DNA of 64,000 nucleotides from Candidatus Micrarchaeota archaeon (GCA_043803815.1 JAZDJR010000014.1:26822-90821); one strand, 5' to 3'; positions 18,811 to 27,487 are shown, numbered from the stretch's first letter. Notes: a model not told the origin generated them from the letters alone. Numbers and translations are program-made.

Positions 18811-18889
18811 CCCGATTGGTACACCCTTTCGGGTGCAGGCGTGCACTCCGCATATGTGTCCCAGCTGCGCTGGGACGGTAATATTTTTT

Positions 18890-19069
18890 TGCCCTTGCCG
18901 GGAGTTGAACCCGGGTCTCAACCGCACTCCCTGTTGATAATTTTTTCCAAGGTTTTTTGCGATCCGATTTTGCCAAAAAGGCAAAATGAGCCCATTCGAG
19001 CTTGCTCGAATCGGGCAGCAAAAAAGTTGTTTGAGAGGGTTGTATCCTTGGCCGCTAGATGACAAGGGC
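18890..19069 (-). tRNA. tRNA-Glu (CUC) with a ~105-nt intron (non-canonical 38/39 position)
   Basis: Acceptor gcccttg/caagggc (5' half at 19063-19069, 3' half at 18891-18897), D-arm atc-tagcggccaag-gat, anticodon stem caacc with loop cuCUCaa. The intron contains a ttcgagcttgctcgaa hairpin. Then ggttg, variable agac and T-arm ccggg-ttcaact-cccgg. Confidence 0.55.
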
Positions 19070-19107
19070 GATTACGAATTAGGCCTCAAATGCTTTTTTA
19101 TGGGTTT

Positions 19108-19629
19108 TCATTTGGCCAGTTTGAACTCGGCTACGGTTTTCCAAACCATGTGTTGAGGCGTGTTTTTAAGCAAGGCCAATTTGTCAAAAACTCCCCCTTC
19201 CGGCATTTGGCTTTGGGCGGCTTGAATCATCGGCTGTTTGGACGCAAGGTCAAAGTCGCCGTAAATCATCGTAAAATGCGGCATGAATCCGCGCTTGTCC
19301 GACCGGCCAAAGACGGCTTCGCTTTTGGCTCTGCAATCAAACAGTTCTTTCGAATCTTTTACCCTGATAAAAACGCATCGCACAAAATCATCCATGTGCT
19401 CGACCTTGGAAAAAACAGCGGCAATTGGCTTGGTTTGATTGGCAAGCCGCTTTGTTTTTTCAACCAGTTCTTTTTCGCGGTTTTCATCCTGCGGAATCTG
19501 GACAAGAAGCGAAACATGCGGTTCGAAAAAAGGAGCGTTGTATTTTCGGCTTAATCTGTCGATAATTTTTTTGAGTGGTGCGCGCGTTTTTTTGTCCGGC
19601 AAAAGCCAAACGTGATATTCGTTTTGCAT
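19108..19629 (-). CDS. 2H phosphoesterase (LigT/ThpR-like 2'-5' RNA ligase or cyclic phosphodiesterase)
   Basis: Two H-x-T/S-x motifs (HVSLL and HFTMIYG) with appropriate spacing. Confidence 0.6.
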   Translation of the reverse strand: MQNEYHVWLLPDKKTRAPLKKIIDRLSRKYNAPFFEPHVSLLVQIPQDENREKELVEKTKRLANQTKPIAAVFSKVEHMDDFVRCVFIRVKDSKELFDCRAKSEAVFGRSDKRGFMPHFTMIYGDFDLASKQPMIQAAQSQMPEGGVFDKLALLKNTPQHMVWKTVAEFKLAK

Positions 19630-19646
19630 AAGCCAAACCGGATTAG

Positions 19647-20060
19647 TTATTGGCCGGGAACTGCGCCGGCGGTTGCCGCGGGCGGCAGGCGAAACTCGAT
19701 TGTGATGTCCTGGTTCAAGGTCAAGGAATCGATTCCTTGGGTGAATTCTTCGCCGTTTACAAACGTTCCCATCTGGCGGTCGGATGTGGAGTGCAATTCG
19801 TTGACGCCGGTGACTTTTTTTCCATTGGCTTGCAAACTGATTTGCAATTGGGCCATTTGGCTTAACGCCGAAAACGCATTGGTTCCTTTCGGAAATTCCT
19901 GGAACTTGTCAACGACAATCAGGTTGCGGTCCAAAGCGCGCAGGTGAACCTCGGCCGTGGTTTTGGCTTCGGGAGTGGAAGAACCGTTATTGGAAGAAGT
20001 GCATCCGGCAAGGACAATCGAAACGGCAATCAAAAGCAAGGCCGCGCTTTTCCAGTTCAT
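19647..20060 (-). CDS. Predicted lipoprotein, function unknown
   Basis: MNWKSAALLLIAVSIVLAGC signal peptide with lipobox. The ORF track starts 12 codons upstream. Confidence 0.45.
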   Translation of the reverse strand: MNWKSAALLLIAVSIVLAGCTSSNNGSSTPEAKTTAEVHLRALDRNLIVVDKFQEFPKGTNAFSALSQMAQLQISLQANGKKVTGVNELHSTSDRQMGTFVNGEEFTQGIDSLTLNQDITIEFRLPPAATAGAVPGQ

Positions 20061-20062
20061 AG

Positions 20063-20440
20063 GCACTAATAGGAAAAAGCGGTATAAAAAACCCACCCAA
20101 GTTATGTAGCAAACTAACCAACGTTTTTGGGTTTTCGTATGGAAAAAAAACTGATAAACCGATTGACTTTGTCCAAAAATTTTCGGATAATCTGCAACTG
20201 CAATTTATCGCTGGCTTATGGGATACCGACGGCGGAAAGTCGGGAAAAACATACGCTTTTTGCAATTCATCCAAAAAAATGGTTTTATATGTAAAAGATT
20301 TTATGGAAAAAAACCAAATCAGCACCCGATTTTACGAACAGTATAAAGGGCCATTCACTTGGTATTTGCTCTTTGTTCAAATTCGGGACAAAGAAAAATT
20401 TCTTAATTTATTCCCGCTAAAAAACACGAGGAAGTATGGT
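20063..20440 (+). pseudogene. Degenerate LAGLIDADG homing endonuclease fragment (single motif, no start codon)
   Basis: Frame 3 open from 20063 with no ATG, GTG or TTG until MVLYV at 20279. It encodes ...DNLQLQFIAGLWDTDGGKSGKTYAFCNSS... (LAGLIDADG motif) and runs into the tRNA-Met gene on the opposite strand. Confidence 0.5.
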
Positions 20441-20441
20441 G

Positions 20442-20513
20442 TGCCGGTGGGGAGATTTGAACTCCCGACCCCTACATTATGAGTGTAGTGCTCCACCGCT
20501 GAGCTACACCGGC
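20442..20513 (-). tRNA. tRNA-Met (CAU), elongator-type (G1-C72)
   Basis: gccggtg acceptor, D-arm gctc-agcggtgg-gagc, anticodon stem ctaca/tgtag with loop cuCAUaa, T-arm gggag-ttcaaat-ctccc. Could alternatively be tRNA-Ile2. Confidence 0.75.
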
Positions 20514-20562
20514 AAAAGAATCCGTTACTCAATTTTCGGCGAAAGCATTTTTAAGGGTTTAT

Positions 20563-21228
20563 TCAGCGCATCCGGCTTTTGACTTCGATTCCGGGGTTGT
20601 ATAAAATCAGCCGGTCCGCGTATCCGATGAATAATCCGGTTTCGATGACTCCGGGAATTTCCTTGGCCGAAAAATTGATGTCTTCGGGAGAATAAACCTC
20701 GTCGATTTTGATGACGGCAAGATAATTTCCGCTTTCGGTCAAAAACGGCCGCTGGCTGACGGTTTTTAGGCCGCAAGGTCCCAGCTTTTCAAGCGCAAGC
20801 AGGGTGCGTTTGTATCCGAACGGCGTGATTTCAACCGCCATGGAACCGTTCAGTTTTTTCACGAAATTTTTTTTCTCGCACACCACCACCAGTTCGTCCG
20901 CGCTTTGGCAAATCATCTTGTCGCGCACCAAGGAATGCGAATCGGTTTTCAAAAAATTGTACTGCTCGTCTATCTGGTCGGCAAATTCGATGGCTAAATC
21001 GATTTCGCTTTCGTCAATCGACACAACCGGAAGATGCAGTTCGGTCGCGATTTCCGCCAGATGCATGGAAGTCGGAACAAAAAAAATCGACAAATCCTGC
21101 TGTTCCAGCCTCCAAACCAATTGGCGCAAAAACTGCTCTCCCAGGTGGCTGGTTCCGATGGAAACCACGGAACCGTTTTTGACATACTTGGCAATCAGGC
21201 CTTCAATCGTGGACTCGTCCATAGCCAA
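20563..21228 (-). CDS. rpiA: Ribose-5-phosphate isomerase A
   Basis: VVSIGTSHLG (GxGTGST-like), VVVCEKKNFVKKL, GVIETGLF (GVVEHGLF-like) motifs. Confidence 0.75.
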   Translation of the reverse strand: MAMDESTIEGLIAKYVKNGSVVSIGTSHLGEQFLRQLVWRLEQQDLSIFFVPTSMHLAEIATELHLPVVSIDESEIDLAIEFADQIDEQYNFLKTDSHSLVRDKMICQSADELVVVCEKKNFVKKLNGSMAVEITPFGYKRTLLALEKLGPCGLKTVSQRPFLTESGNYLAVIKIDEVYSPEDINFSAKEIPGVIETGLFIGYADRLILYNPGIEVKSRMR

Positions 21229-21294
21229 AATAAGGATTATTGGACTATAAAAGAAATTCGATTAAAAAATGGAAATTGGGCTGAAAACGGGAAA

Positions 21295-22131
21295 TTACTT
21301 TTTTTTGCCCGTTTTTCCCTGGTGGCGAATAAACGCGTTAACCGCATCCATGATTTCAATCGGAACCGCAATTACGACCGTATTGGAAGCTGTTGGCCCC
21401 AGGCCGTCGATGGTCTGCAGGGTTCGCAATTGCATGGCGCCGGGCATTTTGGCCATGATTTCGGCGGCCTTGGCCAGGTTGTCGGCTGCCATGCGGTCCC
21501 CTTCGGCCTTGATAATCGTCGCGCGTTTTTCGCGTTCGCTTGACGCTTGTCGGCTCATCAATCGCTTTAAGTCTTCGGGCATGTCGATGTCCTGCATTTT
21601 GATGCTTGTGACCTCGATTCCCCAGGCAATGCTTTCTTTTTCGACAATCGTTTCAATCTGCTTTCCGATTTGTTCGCGCTCCGCCAAGACTTCGTCCAGC
21701 ATCTGTCCGCCGACGACATCGCGCAAAGCGGTTTGCGCGTACTGCGAAACCGCGTATTCGTAATCCTGCACGTTAATGATTGCTTTGGAAGCATCCACTA
21801 CCTTGAAATACAATACCCCGTTAATCGTAACCGGAACATTGTCTTTGGTAATCGCCTGCTGGCGCGGAATATCAATCGTGGTTATCCGCATGTCGATAAT
21901 CCGAACGCGCTCGATAAACGGAAAAATAAAATTCAAGCCCGCCTGCAACGTGCGGTCCATTCGGCCCAAAGAAAATATTACGCCGGTCTGGTATTGCTGG
22001 ACAATGCGAATCGACAAAGCCAAAAGCAAAATAATATAAATCGGAAGAAAAATCCAAAGTCCCAAAGATAAAAGCGCAACCGCAATCGCCGCCAAAATCA
22101 GGCCGATAACCAGTTTGGGGCCGTTGTTCAT
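21295..22131 (-). CDS. SPFH/band-7 (stomatin/prohibitin-like) membrane protein
   Basis: N-terminal TM, then an SPFH core and a coiled-coil C-terminus. Confidence 0.85.
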   Translation of the reverse strand: MNNGPKLVIGLILAAIAVALLSLGLWIFLPIYIILLLALSIRIVQQYQTGVIFSLGRMDRTLQAGLNFIFPFIERVRIIDMRITTIDIPRQQAITKDNVPVTINGVLYFKVVDASKAIINVQDYEYAVSQYAQTALRDVVGGQMLDEVLAEREQIGKQIETIVEKESIAWGIEVTSIKMQDIDMPEDLKRLMSRQASSEREKRATIIKAEGDRMAADNLAKAAEIMAKMPGAMQLRTLQTIDGLGPTASNTVVIAVPIEIMDAVNAFIRHQGKTGKKK

Positions 22132-22258
22132 ATGGTATTCTTCCAGCAGAGAATTTAAAAAACCAAATCCAAAAACGGGTCTAAGTATCCAAAAACGCAG
22201 GCCACGCGGCGGGGTGGGTGCGAACAGTTAAAACCGGTTTTCAGCGGAAACGAGGTGC

Positions 22259-23380
22259 GTGCAAAATGACTTATTCCAAAATACGGCTATTTTATTGCTG
22301 ATTGAAATGCGTGTTGGTTTTGGGGATGCTGCTATTCGCACCGAGTTTTTTGAACTGGCTAAAGCAGGAGCGAGCTGCAAGACTTGGCAGGTATTCAGCC
22401 AATTGCTAAAAATGAGACGAACAAGATTGGAGCGTTTTCGGTATGGTCAGCAACTGTTTTCAGAGGAATTATTTGAAAAACTCTTGGGATTTTTGCCTGG
22501 AGATGAACGGGAAAAATTTCGAAAATCCACTGTTTTTAACTCTGATAATTGGGGGCAAGTCAAGGGAGGAAAAAGGACGGCGAAATTGCATCCCGAGAAT
22601 TATGAGCGGGCGCGTCAATTTGCAATTAATGCAACAAAAGAAAAAGCAAGATTGCAAGAAGATAACTTTGATTTGACAATGCCTCTTTCAGAGGAGTTGT
22701 GCGAGTTGGTGGGCGCGATTATCGGAGACGGCTGCATTAGCGGATTTAAGACCAAATATGGTCACTATCAGAATCATGTTTCCATAACCGGCCACAGTGT
22801 TTTGGACAAAGATTATTTGGGTTATATGGGCAGTCTTTTGGGAAAGTTTTTTGGGATTAAAGTAACAACGCGTTTTCGAAAAACCAAAAAAGCAATGGTT
22901 GTTTTTGTTCATTCCAAACTCGTTTTTTCTTTTTTCACCAAGCGTTTCGGATTTGTTCCCGGTCCAAAGGCATTCACGGTAAAAATCCCGGAAGAAATTT
23001 TGAAATCTGAAGAGCGATTTGTTTTTTCAACGATTCGAGGAATATACGATACCGACGGCTGTATTTTTTTTGACAGGCGAAAACCATACGGCAGACCGTA
23101 CCCTCGAATTTCACTGCAAATAGTAAGCAAACCGTTGGCCGAACAATTGCATGGTTTTTTACGGCGGTATTTTTCCGTTCGTTTCGGAAAAAACCGCAAT
23201 CGCAACTCGTATTTCGTTGAAATTTACGGCCATGAACAATTAGCAAAGTGGATGAACTTAATCGGGTTTTCTAACCAAAAACATTTGAATCGATATTATG
23301 CTGGAATGAAGAATAGCCCGTGGGGAGATTTGAACTCCCAACCCCGTCATGGTCAGACAACAAGTTATGTATACCAATGA
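22259..23380 (+). CDS. Double-motif LAGLIDADG homing endonuclease, free-standing
   Basis: Two motifs (LVGAIIGDGCIS and IRGIYDTDGCIFFD) about 100 aa apart. The last ~22 codons are the reverse complement of tRNA-Thr (GGU). Confidence 0.7.
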   Translation: MQNDLFQNTAILLLIEMRVGFGDAAIRTEFFELAKAGASCKTWQVFSQLLKMRRTRLERFRYGQQLFSEELFEKLLGFLPGDEREKFRKSTVFNSDNWGQVKGGKRTAKLHPENYERARQFAINATKEKARLQEDNFDLTMPLSEELCELVGAIIGDGCISGFKTKYGHYQNHVSITGHSVLDKDYLGYMGSLLGKFFGIKVTTRFRKTKKAMVVFVHSKLVFSFFTKRFGFVPGPKAFTVKIPEEILKSEERFVFSTIRGIYDTDGCIFFDRRKPYGRPYPRISLQIVSKPLAEQLHGFLRRYFSVRFGKNRNRNSYFVEIYGHEQLAKWMNLIGFSNQKHLNRYYAGMKNSPWGDLNSQPRHGQTTSYVYQ

Positions 23381-23409
23381 CGAGCAAAACCAGGCTATGC
23401 TTCACGGGC
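23315..23409 (-). tRNA. tRNA-Thr (GGU) with a 21-nt canonical-position intron
   Basis: Acceptor gcccgtg/cacgggc, anticodon stem cgtca with loop uuGGUa, intron tacataacttgttgtctgacc, then a-tgacg, variable gggtt and T-arm gggag-ttcaaat-ctccc. Confidence 0.65.
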
Positions 23410-23443
23410 GAATAGCTACTAAAAACCGCTTGGAAAATGCTTT

Positions 23444-24706
23444 TTAACCCATCATTTCAAGCAGTTTGGAAAGGCCGACCAAGGAATTGGGCAAGTCAAA
23501 TTGCCCTTTTTTTTGCAAGTCCTTGACCGTTACGGTTCCTTTTTTTTCCTCGTTTTCGCCGATAATCGCGAGAAAACGGATTCCTTTTTTTTGGCAGTAC
23601 TCCGAATTTTTGGACACGTTTCGAGACAATAAGTCAAACTCCGCATTAATTCCTGCTTGCCGGAAAGCGTCGGCCGCTTTTAACGCCAAAGCGGATTGTT
23701 TTTCCGTAAACGCCATGACCAGCACCCGGGATTTGGGTGGAACTTTTTTGTTTTGTTTTTCCAAAACATCGAGCAGGCGGTCAACGCCAAACGAAATTCC
23801 GGTTGCCGGCGTTGCTTGTCCGCCGTACAATTCCACGAGCTTGTCATAGCGCCCGCCGCCGCCGACACTCGGCCCCTGCTTGGTCTTGATTTCAAAAACA
23901 AATCCGGTATAATACTCCAGTCCGCGGGCCAATGACAAGTCCAGTTTTACCGCTTCGGTCAGATTGTTTTGCTTGACCAGTTCCAAAAGCTTTTCCATTT
24001 CTTCCATCGGCTTTTTGTTTTTCAAAACCGCCTTGATTTTTTTCAAATCCTTTTCCTTTAGCACTCCAAGGATTTTTTTGCCGATTCCGCATTGCTTTAA
24101 TTCTTCCTCGACCTCTTTTTCCCCGATTTTGTCAAGCTTGTCGATAGAGCGAAAACAATCCGCAATTTTTTCCTTGGGAACCCCGCAGGAAAATGCGAGT
24201 TCTTCCAAAAGCGGGCGAGAATTCAACACCACCCAATAATCGATTTGCAATTCCTGCATGACCTTGCATCCGATTTGCAGGCATTCAAAATCCGCCAAAA
24301 TTCCGGCTGCACCTATAATGTCCACGTCGCATTGCGTGAACTCGCGGTAACGCCCAGCCTGCGGCCGGTCATAGCGGTACACGGTTCCGATTTGGTAACG
24401 CTTAAACGGCTTGGGCAAAGTGGAATTTGAGGCAATTACCCTGCCCAAAGGAACGGTTAAGTCAAACCGCAATCCGAGTTCGCGGTCGCTTTTGTCCTTG
24501 AAATAATAAATCTCGTTTTTGATGGCTTCTCCGCCAGAACCTTTTTTTGCCAGCAACCCGAAATCTTCCACTATCGGCGTCTGCAAGGGCTCAAAGCCAA
24601 AACTTTCAAACACGTTTCTGCAGGTGTCTTCAATGGACTGCTTGACGCGCATCTGGTCAGGCAAAAAATCGCGCATTCCCCGAACCGTCTGAAATTTTTC
24701 CGTCAT
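23444..24706 (-). CDS. hisS: Histidyl-tRNA synthetase
   Basis: Class II motifs, HisRS signatures (RGLEYYTGFVFE, GGGRYD), C-terminal anticodon-binding domain. Confidence 0.9.
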   Translation of the reverse strand: MTEKFQTVRGMRDFLPDQMRVKQSIEDTCRNVFESFGFEPLQTPIVEDFGLLAKKGSGGEAIKNEIYYFKDKSDRELGLRFDLTVPLGRVIASNSTLPKPFKRYQIGTVYRYDRPQAGRYREFTQCDVDIIGAAGILADFECLQIGCKVMQELQIDYWVVLNSRPLLEELAFSCGVPKEKIADCFRSIDKLDKIGEKEVEEELKQCGIGKKILGVLKEKDLKKIKAVLKNKKPMEEMEKLLELVKQNNLTEAVKLDLSLARGLEYYTGFVFEIKTKQGPSVGGGGRYDKLVELYGGQATPATGISFGVDRLLDVLEKQNKKVPPKSRVLVMAFTEKQSALALKAADAFRQAGINAEFDLLSRNVSKNSEYCQKKGIRFLAIIGENEEKKGTVTVKDLQKKGQFDLPNSLVGLSKLLEMMG

Positions 24707-24708
24707 TT

Positions 24709-25209
24709 TTATCTTCCTCGCCCCGTTCGCCTTTGTTGTATTTGTGTTAATAGAATGGTTTTCAATCTTGACAGTGCAGGATCACTAAAATTGTATTTTT
24801 GTTGCAAGTTCAAAAGACCCATCGGCAATGTTTCCGGCCTTTCCACCATTTTTTGAAAAACCGGCAATGATTGGATTCCTTTTTCGGCAACCATTGCAAC
24901 GTGCTGGGGGTTGCCGCGCGATTGGCCTTCTGCCAGTTCGCTAACCAGAATCCTGGCAAATCCATCGTCTGGGCATTGCTCTTTTAATTTGGAAACCAAA
25001 GCGCCGAGATTTTTTGGAGTAATAAATTCCCTTTTGATTGCTTCCCCAAAAACTCCCTGTTGGGTGGGGGAAAGCCGCGGAAACTTATTTCTTAATTGGT
25101 CGGAAAGAATGCTCTGTTCGGTTTGTCTTGGGTTTCCTCTTTGCGTTTGTCTTGGCATAATCCGACTCCGGCTACTAGAACCACGTCCTGCCTGAGAATA
25201 TCTTACCAT
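24709..25209 (-). CDS. Hypothetical protein co-transcribed with hisS
   Basis: The ORF-track version extends over tRNA-His. Start trimmed to Met MVRYSQ. 3-nt gap to the hisS start. Confidence 0.4.
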   Translation of the reverse strand: MVRYSQAGRGSSSRSRIMPRQTQRGNPRQTEQSILSDQLRNKFPRLSPTQQGVFGEAIKREFITPKNLGALVSKLKEQCPDDGFARILVSELAEGQSRGNPQHVAMVAEKGIQSLPVFQKMVERPETLPMGLLNLQQKYNFSDPALSRLKTILLTQIQQRRTGRGR

Positions 25210-25342
25210 TAAATAATCACCCGCCTTTGAAAAAGCAAAGTTCGATTTTCTTTTCTTTCTTTTGAATAAAGCCGATTTTCTTTTCTTTTCGCACCTTGCG
25301 CGTTTTTCCCAGGTTTTTTTGCATAAGCAAAAAAAGCTGTAG

Positions 25343-25417
25343 GGCGGCAACCGAGATTTGAACTCGGGTTCCAAGCGCCACAGGCTTGTGTCCTAACCAG
25401 GCTGGACGATTGCCGCC
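25343..25417 (-). tRNA. tRNA-His (GUG) with encoded G-1
   Basis: Acceptor gcggcaa/ttgccgc, C73, extra 5' G. Anticodon stem caagc/gcttg with loop cuGUGgc. T-arm ccgag-ttcaaat-ctcgg. Confidence 0.7.
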
Positions 25418-25895
25418 GCACGATTGCGTACGTGCGCTCCGCGCACTTTGTGGTCGCAAGCGACCACAAGAGAGCTGCATAGTCTTTTTTCCCCATGCTT
25501 TTTGGCTGTGGCCAAAAAGGCTGCTCGGGCGATTGCCGCCACAGCGCCCTTTCGATGGCGCGTGCCGAGATACGTGTCCCATTTGCAATGGGACGGTAGT
25601 ATGCTTTTATGGAAATGCTCGCTTTGCTCAAATCCCCGATAATATACGGCTGACTCGGCGAAACGTAAAAGTAGGTTTTTGGCATTGTGACCGTCTGATA
25701 AGTGATAATTGAGTTAAAAATAGTGTCATCAGTTTCGATAATGAAGTCGATCACTTATCATAGACAATCAAACTAATTACTGTGAACGAGTGTTTTAAAA
25801 GGTTTGGATAGTCCTTAACCAGTTGCTTTTTCCCAAGGGTCGTTTTTTTGGGTGAAAACGGCTTTTTAAGCTTTATTTAGGGGTTTTTTGGTAAT

Positions 25896-26810
25896 ATGGA
25901 TAAAAAATTGCGGCAAAATTACGAAAAAGCGGGCGCTATTCACCAAAGCGCGGTCGCGTTTGCCCAGAAAAAACTCAAGCCCGAAACCCCGCTGCTTGGA
26001 TTGGCCGTTGAAATCGAGGATTTTATTTTTGGCCGGTTAAAAGAGGAAAAACTCGACGGCGGCCTCGCGTTTCCCTTGAATCTATCCTTAAACAATGTTG
26101 CCGCGCATTTTACCCCCGGAACTGGCGACAAAACCGTTTTGGGAAAAGACGACGTTTTAAAAGTGGACATCGGCGTTCACGTGAAAGGCTGCATTGCCGA
26201 CGGAGCGTTTACATTCAATTATTCCAATAAGCACGAAAAACAAATCGAGCTGAACAATTCGATTTTGCAGTCCGGCTTGGATTCAATCAAAGTCGGTTCC
26301 CCGATTTCGGTTGTCGGAAACGCGATTGGAAAAATAATGGAAAAAACGGATTTCAAAACCATTGAAAACCTGACCGGACACGGCCTAGGCGTATACCTCC
26401 AGCACGACGAACCCCAGATTCCAAATCAGCCCAACAACCTGAAAACCAAAATCACGGACGGAATGGCATTAGCCATCGAGCCGTTTGTCACAACCGGCCG
26501 CGGATTCGTTGCCGAGGCAAGCCAGGTTGAAATATTTTCCATTGAAGAGCCAAAGCCGGTCCGCGACATGAACGCGCGAAAACTATTGGATGTCATCGGA
26601 AAGCACTGGCCTTCCCTTCCCTTTGCGGAACGCCAATTGGCCAAAGAAACCGAGTTAAGCGAATTTGCGCGAAAAGTCGGCTTGCGCGAATTATCCCGCA
26701 ACAAGATTTTGCACGCTTACCCCGTTTTGCAGGAGCAAAAAGACGCGATTGTCACGCAAAGCGAAAAAACCGTCCTAATCGACGGCGACGAAGTCAAAAT
26801 CATCAACTGA
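25896..26810 (+). CDS. map: Methionine aminopeptidase type 2
   Basis: MetAP2 insert and metal-ligand blocks (FTPGTGDK, VDIGVHV, HGLG, EPF). TATA-like tttattta about 20 nt upstream, consistent with a leaderless transcript. Confidence 0.85.
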   Translation: MDKKLRQNYEKAGAIHQSAVAFAQKKLKPETPLLGLAVEIEDFIFGRLKEEKLDGGLAFPLNLSLNNVAAHFTPGTGDKTVLGKDDVLKVDIGVHVKGCIADGAFTFNYSNKHEKQIELNNSILQSGLDSIKVGSPISVVGNAIGKIMEKTDFKTIENLTGHGLGVYLQHDEPQIPNQPNNLKTKITDGMALAIEPFVTTGRGFVAEASQVEIFSIEEPKPVRDMNARKLLDVIGKHWPSLPFAERQLAKETELSEFARKVGLRELSRNKILHAYPVLQEQKDAIVTQSEKTVLIDGDEVKIIN

Positions 26811-26915
26811 ACGGTTTGAAAGGAAAAAATTTCCATCCTTAAAATAACCACATTTATTTAAAACAAAAGCAAAAGAAGTGTATAGTTAACCAATCAGAAC
26901 AGCCAAACAAAAGCT

Positions 26916-27071
26916 GGTCCCGTAGTATAGCCTGGATAGTATACAAGCTTGCGGTAACCTTTTAGGAAAAGGTTAGCGAAAAAAATACGTCGTCCTGTTT
27001 TCAACAGGACAGCGGTATGTTCGCAAAGTTGCAATGAGCTTGGGACCTGGGTTCGAATCCCAGCGGGATCG
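26916..27071 (+). tRNA. Intron-containing tRNA, identity unresolved (candidate tRNA-Glu UUC with two introns, or another tRNA with a single 86-nt intron)
   Basis: Acceptor ggtcccg/cgggatc (one G-U), D-arm gtat-agcctggatagt-atac, canonical T-arm ctggg-ttcgaat-cccag. Two competing anticodon arms: aagct/agctt enclosing 86 nt, or an internal hairpin tcctg-uuUUCaa-cagga. Confidence 0.5.
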
Positions 27072-27134
27072 CACACTTTTTCCCCGGGCTTTTTTAATAA
27101 AAAAGGCCGGGATTGGAATCCCAGCGGGATCGCA
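27055..27134 (+). repeat. 19-bp perfect direct repeat of the tRNA 3' end (gaatcccagcgggatcgca), copies at 27055-27073 and 27116-27134, separated by a strong hairpin
   Basis: Second copy lies 61 bp downstream and extends to about 24/27 identity (ttggaatcccagcgggatcgca). The intervening ccccgggcttttttaataaaaaaggccggg is a near-perfect palindrome. Confidence 0.6.
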
Positions 27135-27151
27135 AAATTTTTGGTGAAAAA

Positions 27152-27487
27152 GTGGACGCCATTTCATGGAATGATTTTGAAAAGGTCGGCCTTTGCGTGG
27201 GCACAATCATTAAAGTGGAAACTTTTCCGGAAGCCAAAAAACCCGCGTACAAGATTTGGGTTGATTTTGGAGAATACGGAGTCAAAAAATCCAGCGCTCA
27301 AATTACTCATTGGTACACGAAAGAAGAACTGGTTGGAAAGCAAATTATCGGCGTAATTAATTTTCCCGTCAAGCAAATTGCCAATTTTGCGTCCGAGTTT
27401 TTGACCGCTGGGTTTGTACGGCCCGACGGAAAAGTTGTTCTGGCAGTTCCGGAAAAAGAAGTTCCCAACGGTTCTAAGCTTGCTTAA
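27152..27487 (+). CDS. csaA: CsaA/Trbp111-like tRNA-binding protein (EMAP-type OB fold)
   Basis: Aligns along its whole length with B. subtilis CsaA (DFEKV...GTI.KVE.FPEA...[18 protein letters not shown]....[12 protein letters not shown]...IA.F.SE.L..G......V.L......PNGSKL). In-frame GTG at 27152 matches the CsaA N-terminus. The ATG at 27113 lies inside the tRNA-end repeat. Confidence 0.75.
   Translation: MDAISWNDFEKVGLCVGTIIKVETFPEAKKPAYKIWVDFGEYGVKKSSAQITHWYTKEELVGKQIIGVINFPVKQIANFASEFLTAGFVRPDGKVVLAVPEKEVPNGSKLA

Noticed and set aside
25209-25754. 181-aa and 123-aa minus-strand ORFs spanning tRNA-His and the hairpin-rich intergenic region
   Set aside because: They overlap a confidently folded tRNA and the 167-aa gene. 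Composition is not protein-like.
27113-27151. ATG at 27113 as the csaA start
   Set aside because: It lies inside the duplicated tRNA 3' end. Alignment to CsaA N-termini favours the in-frame GTG at 27152.
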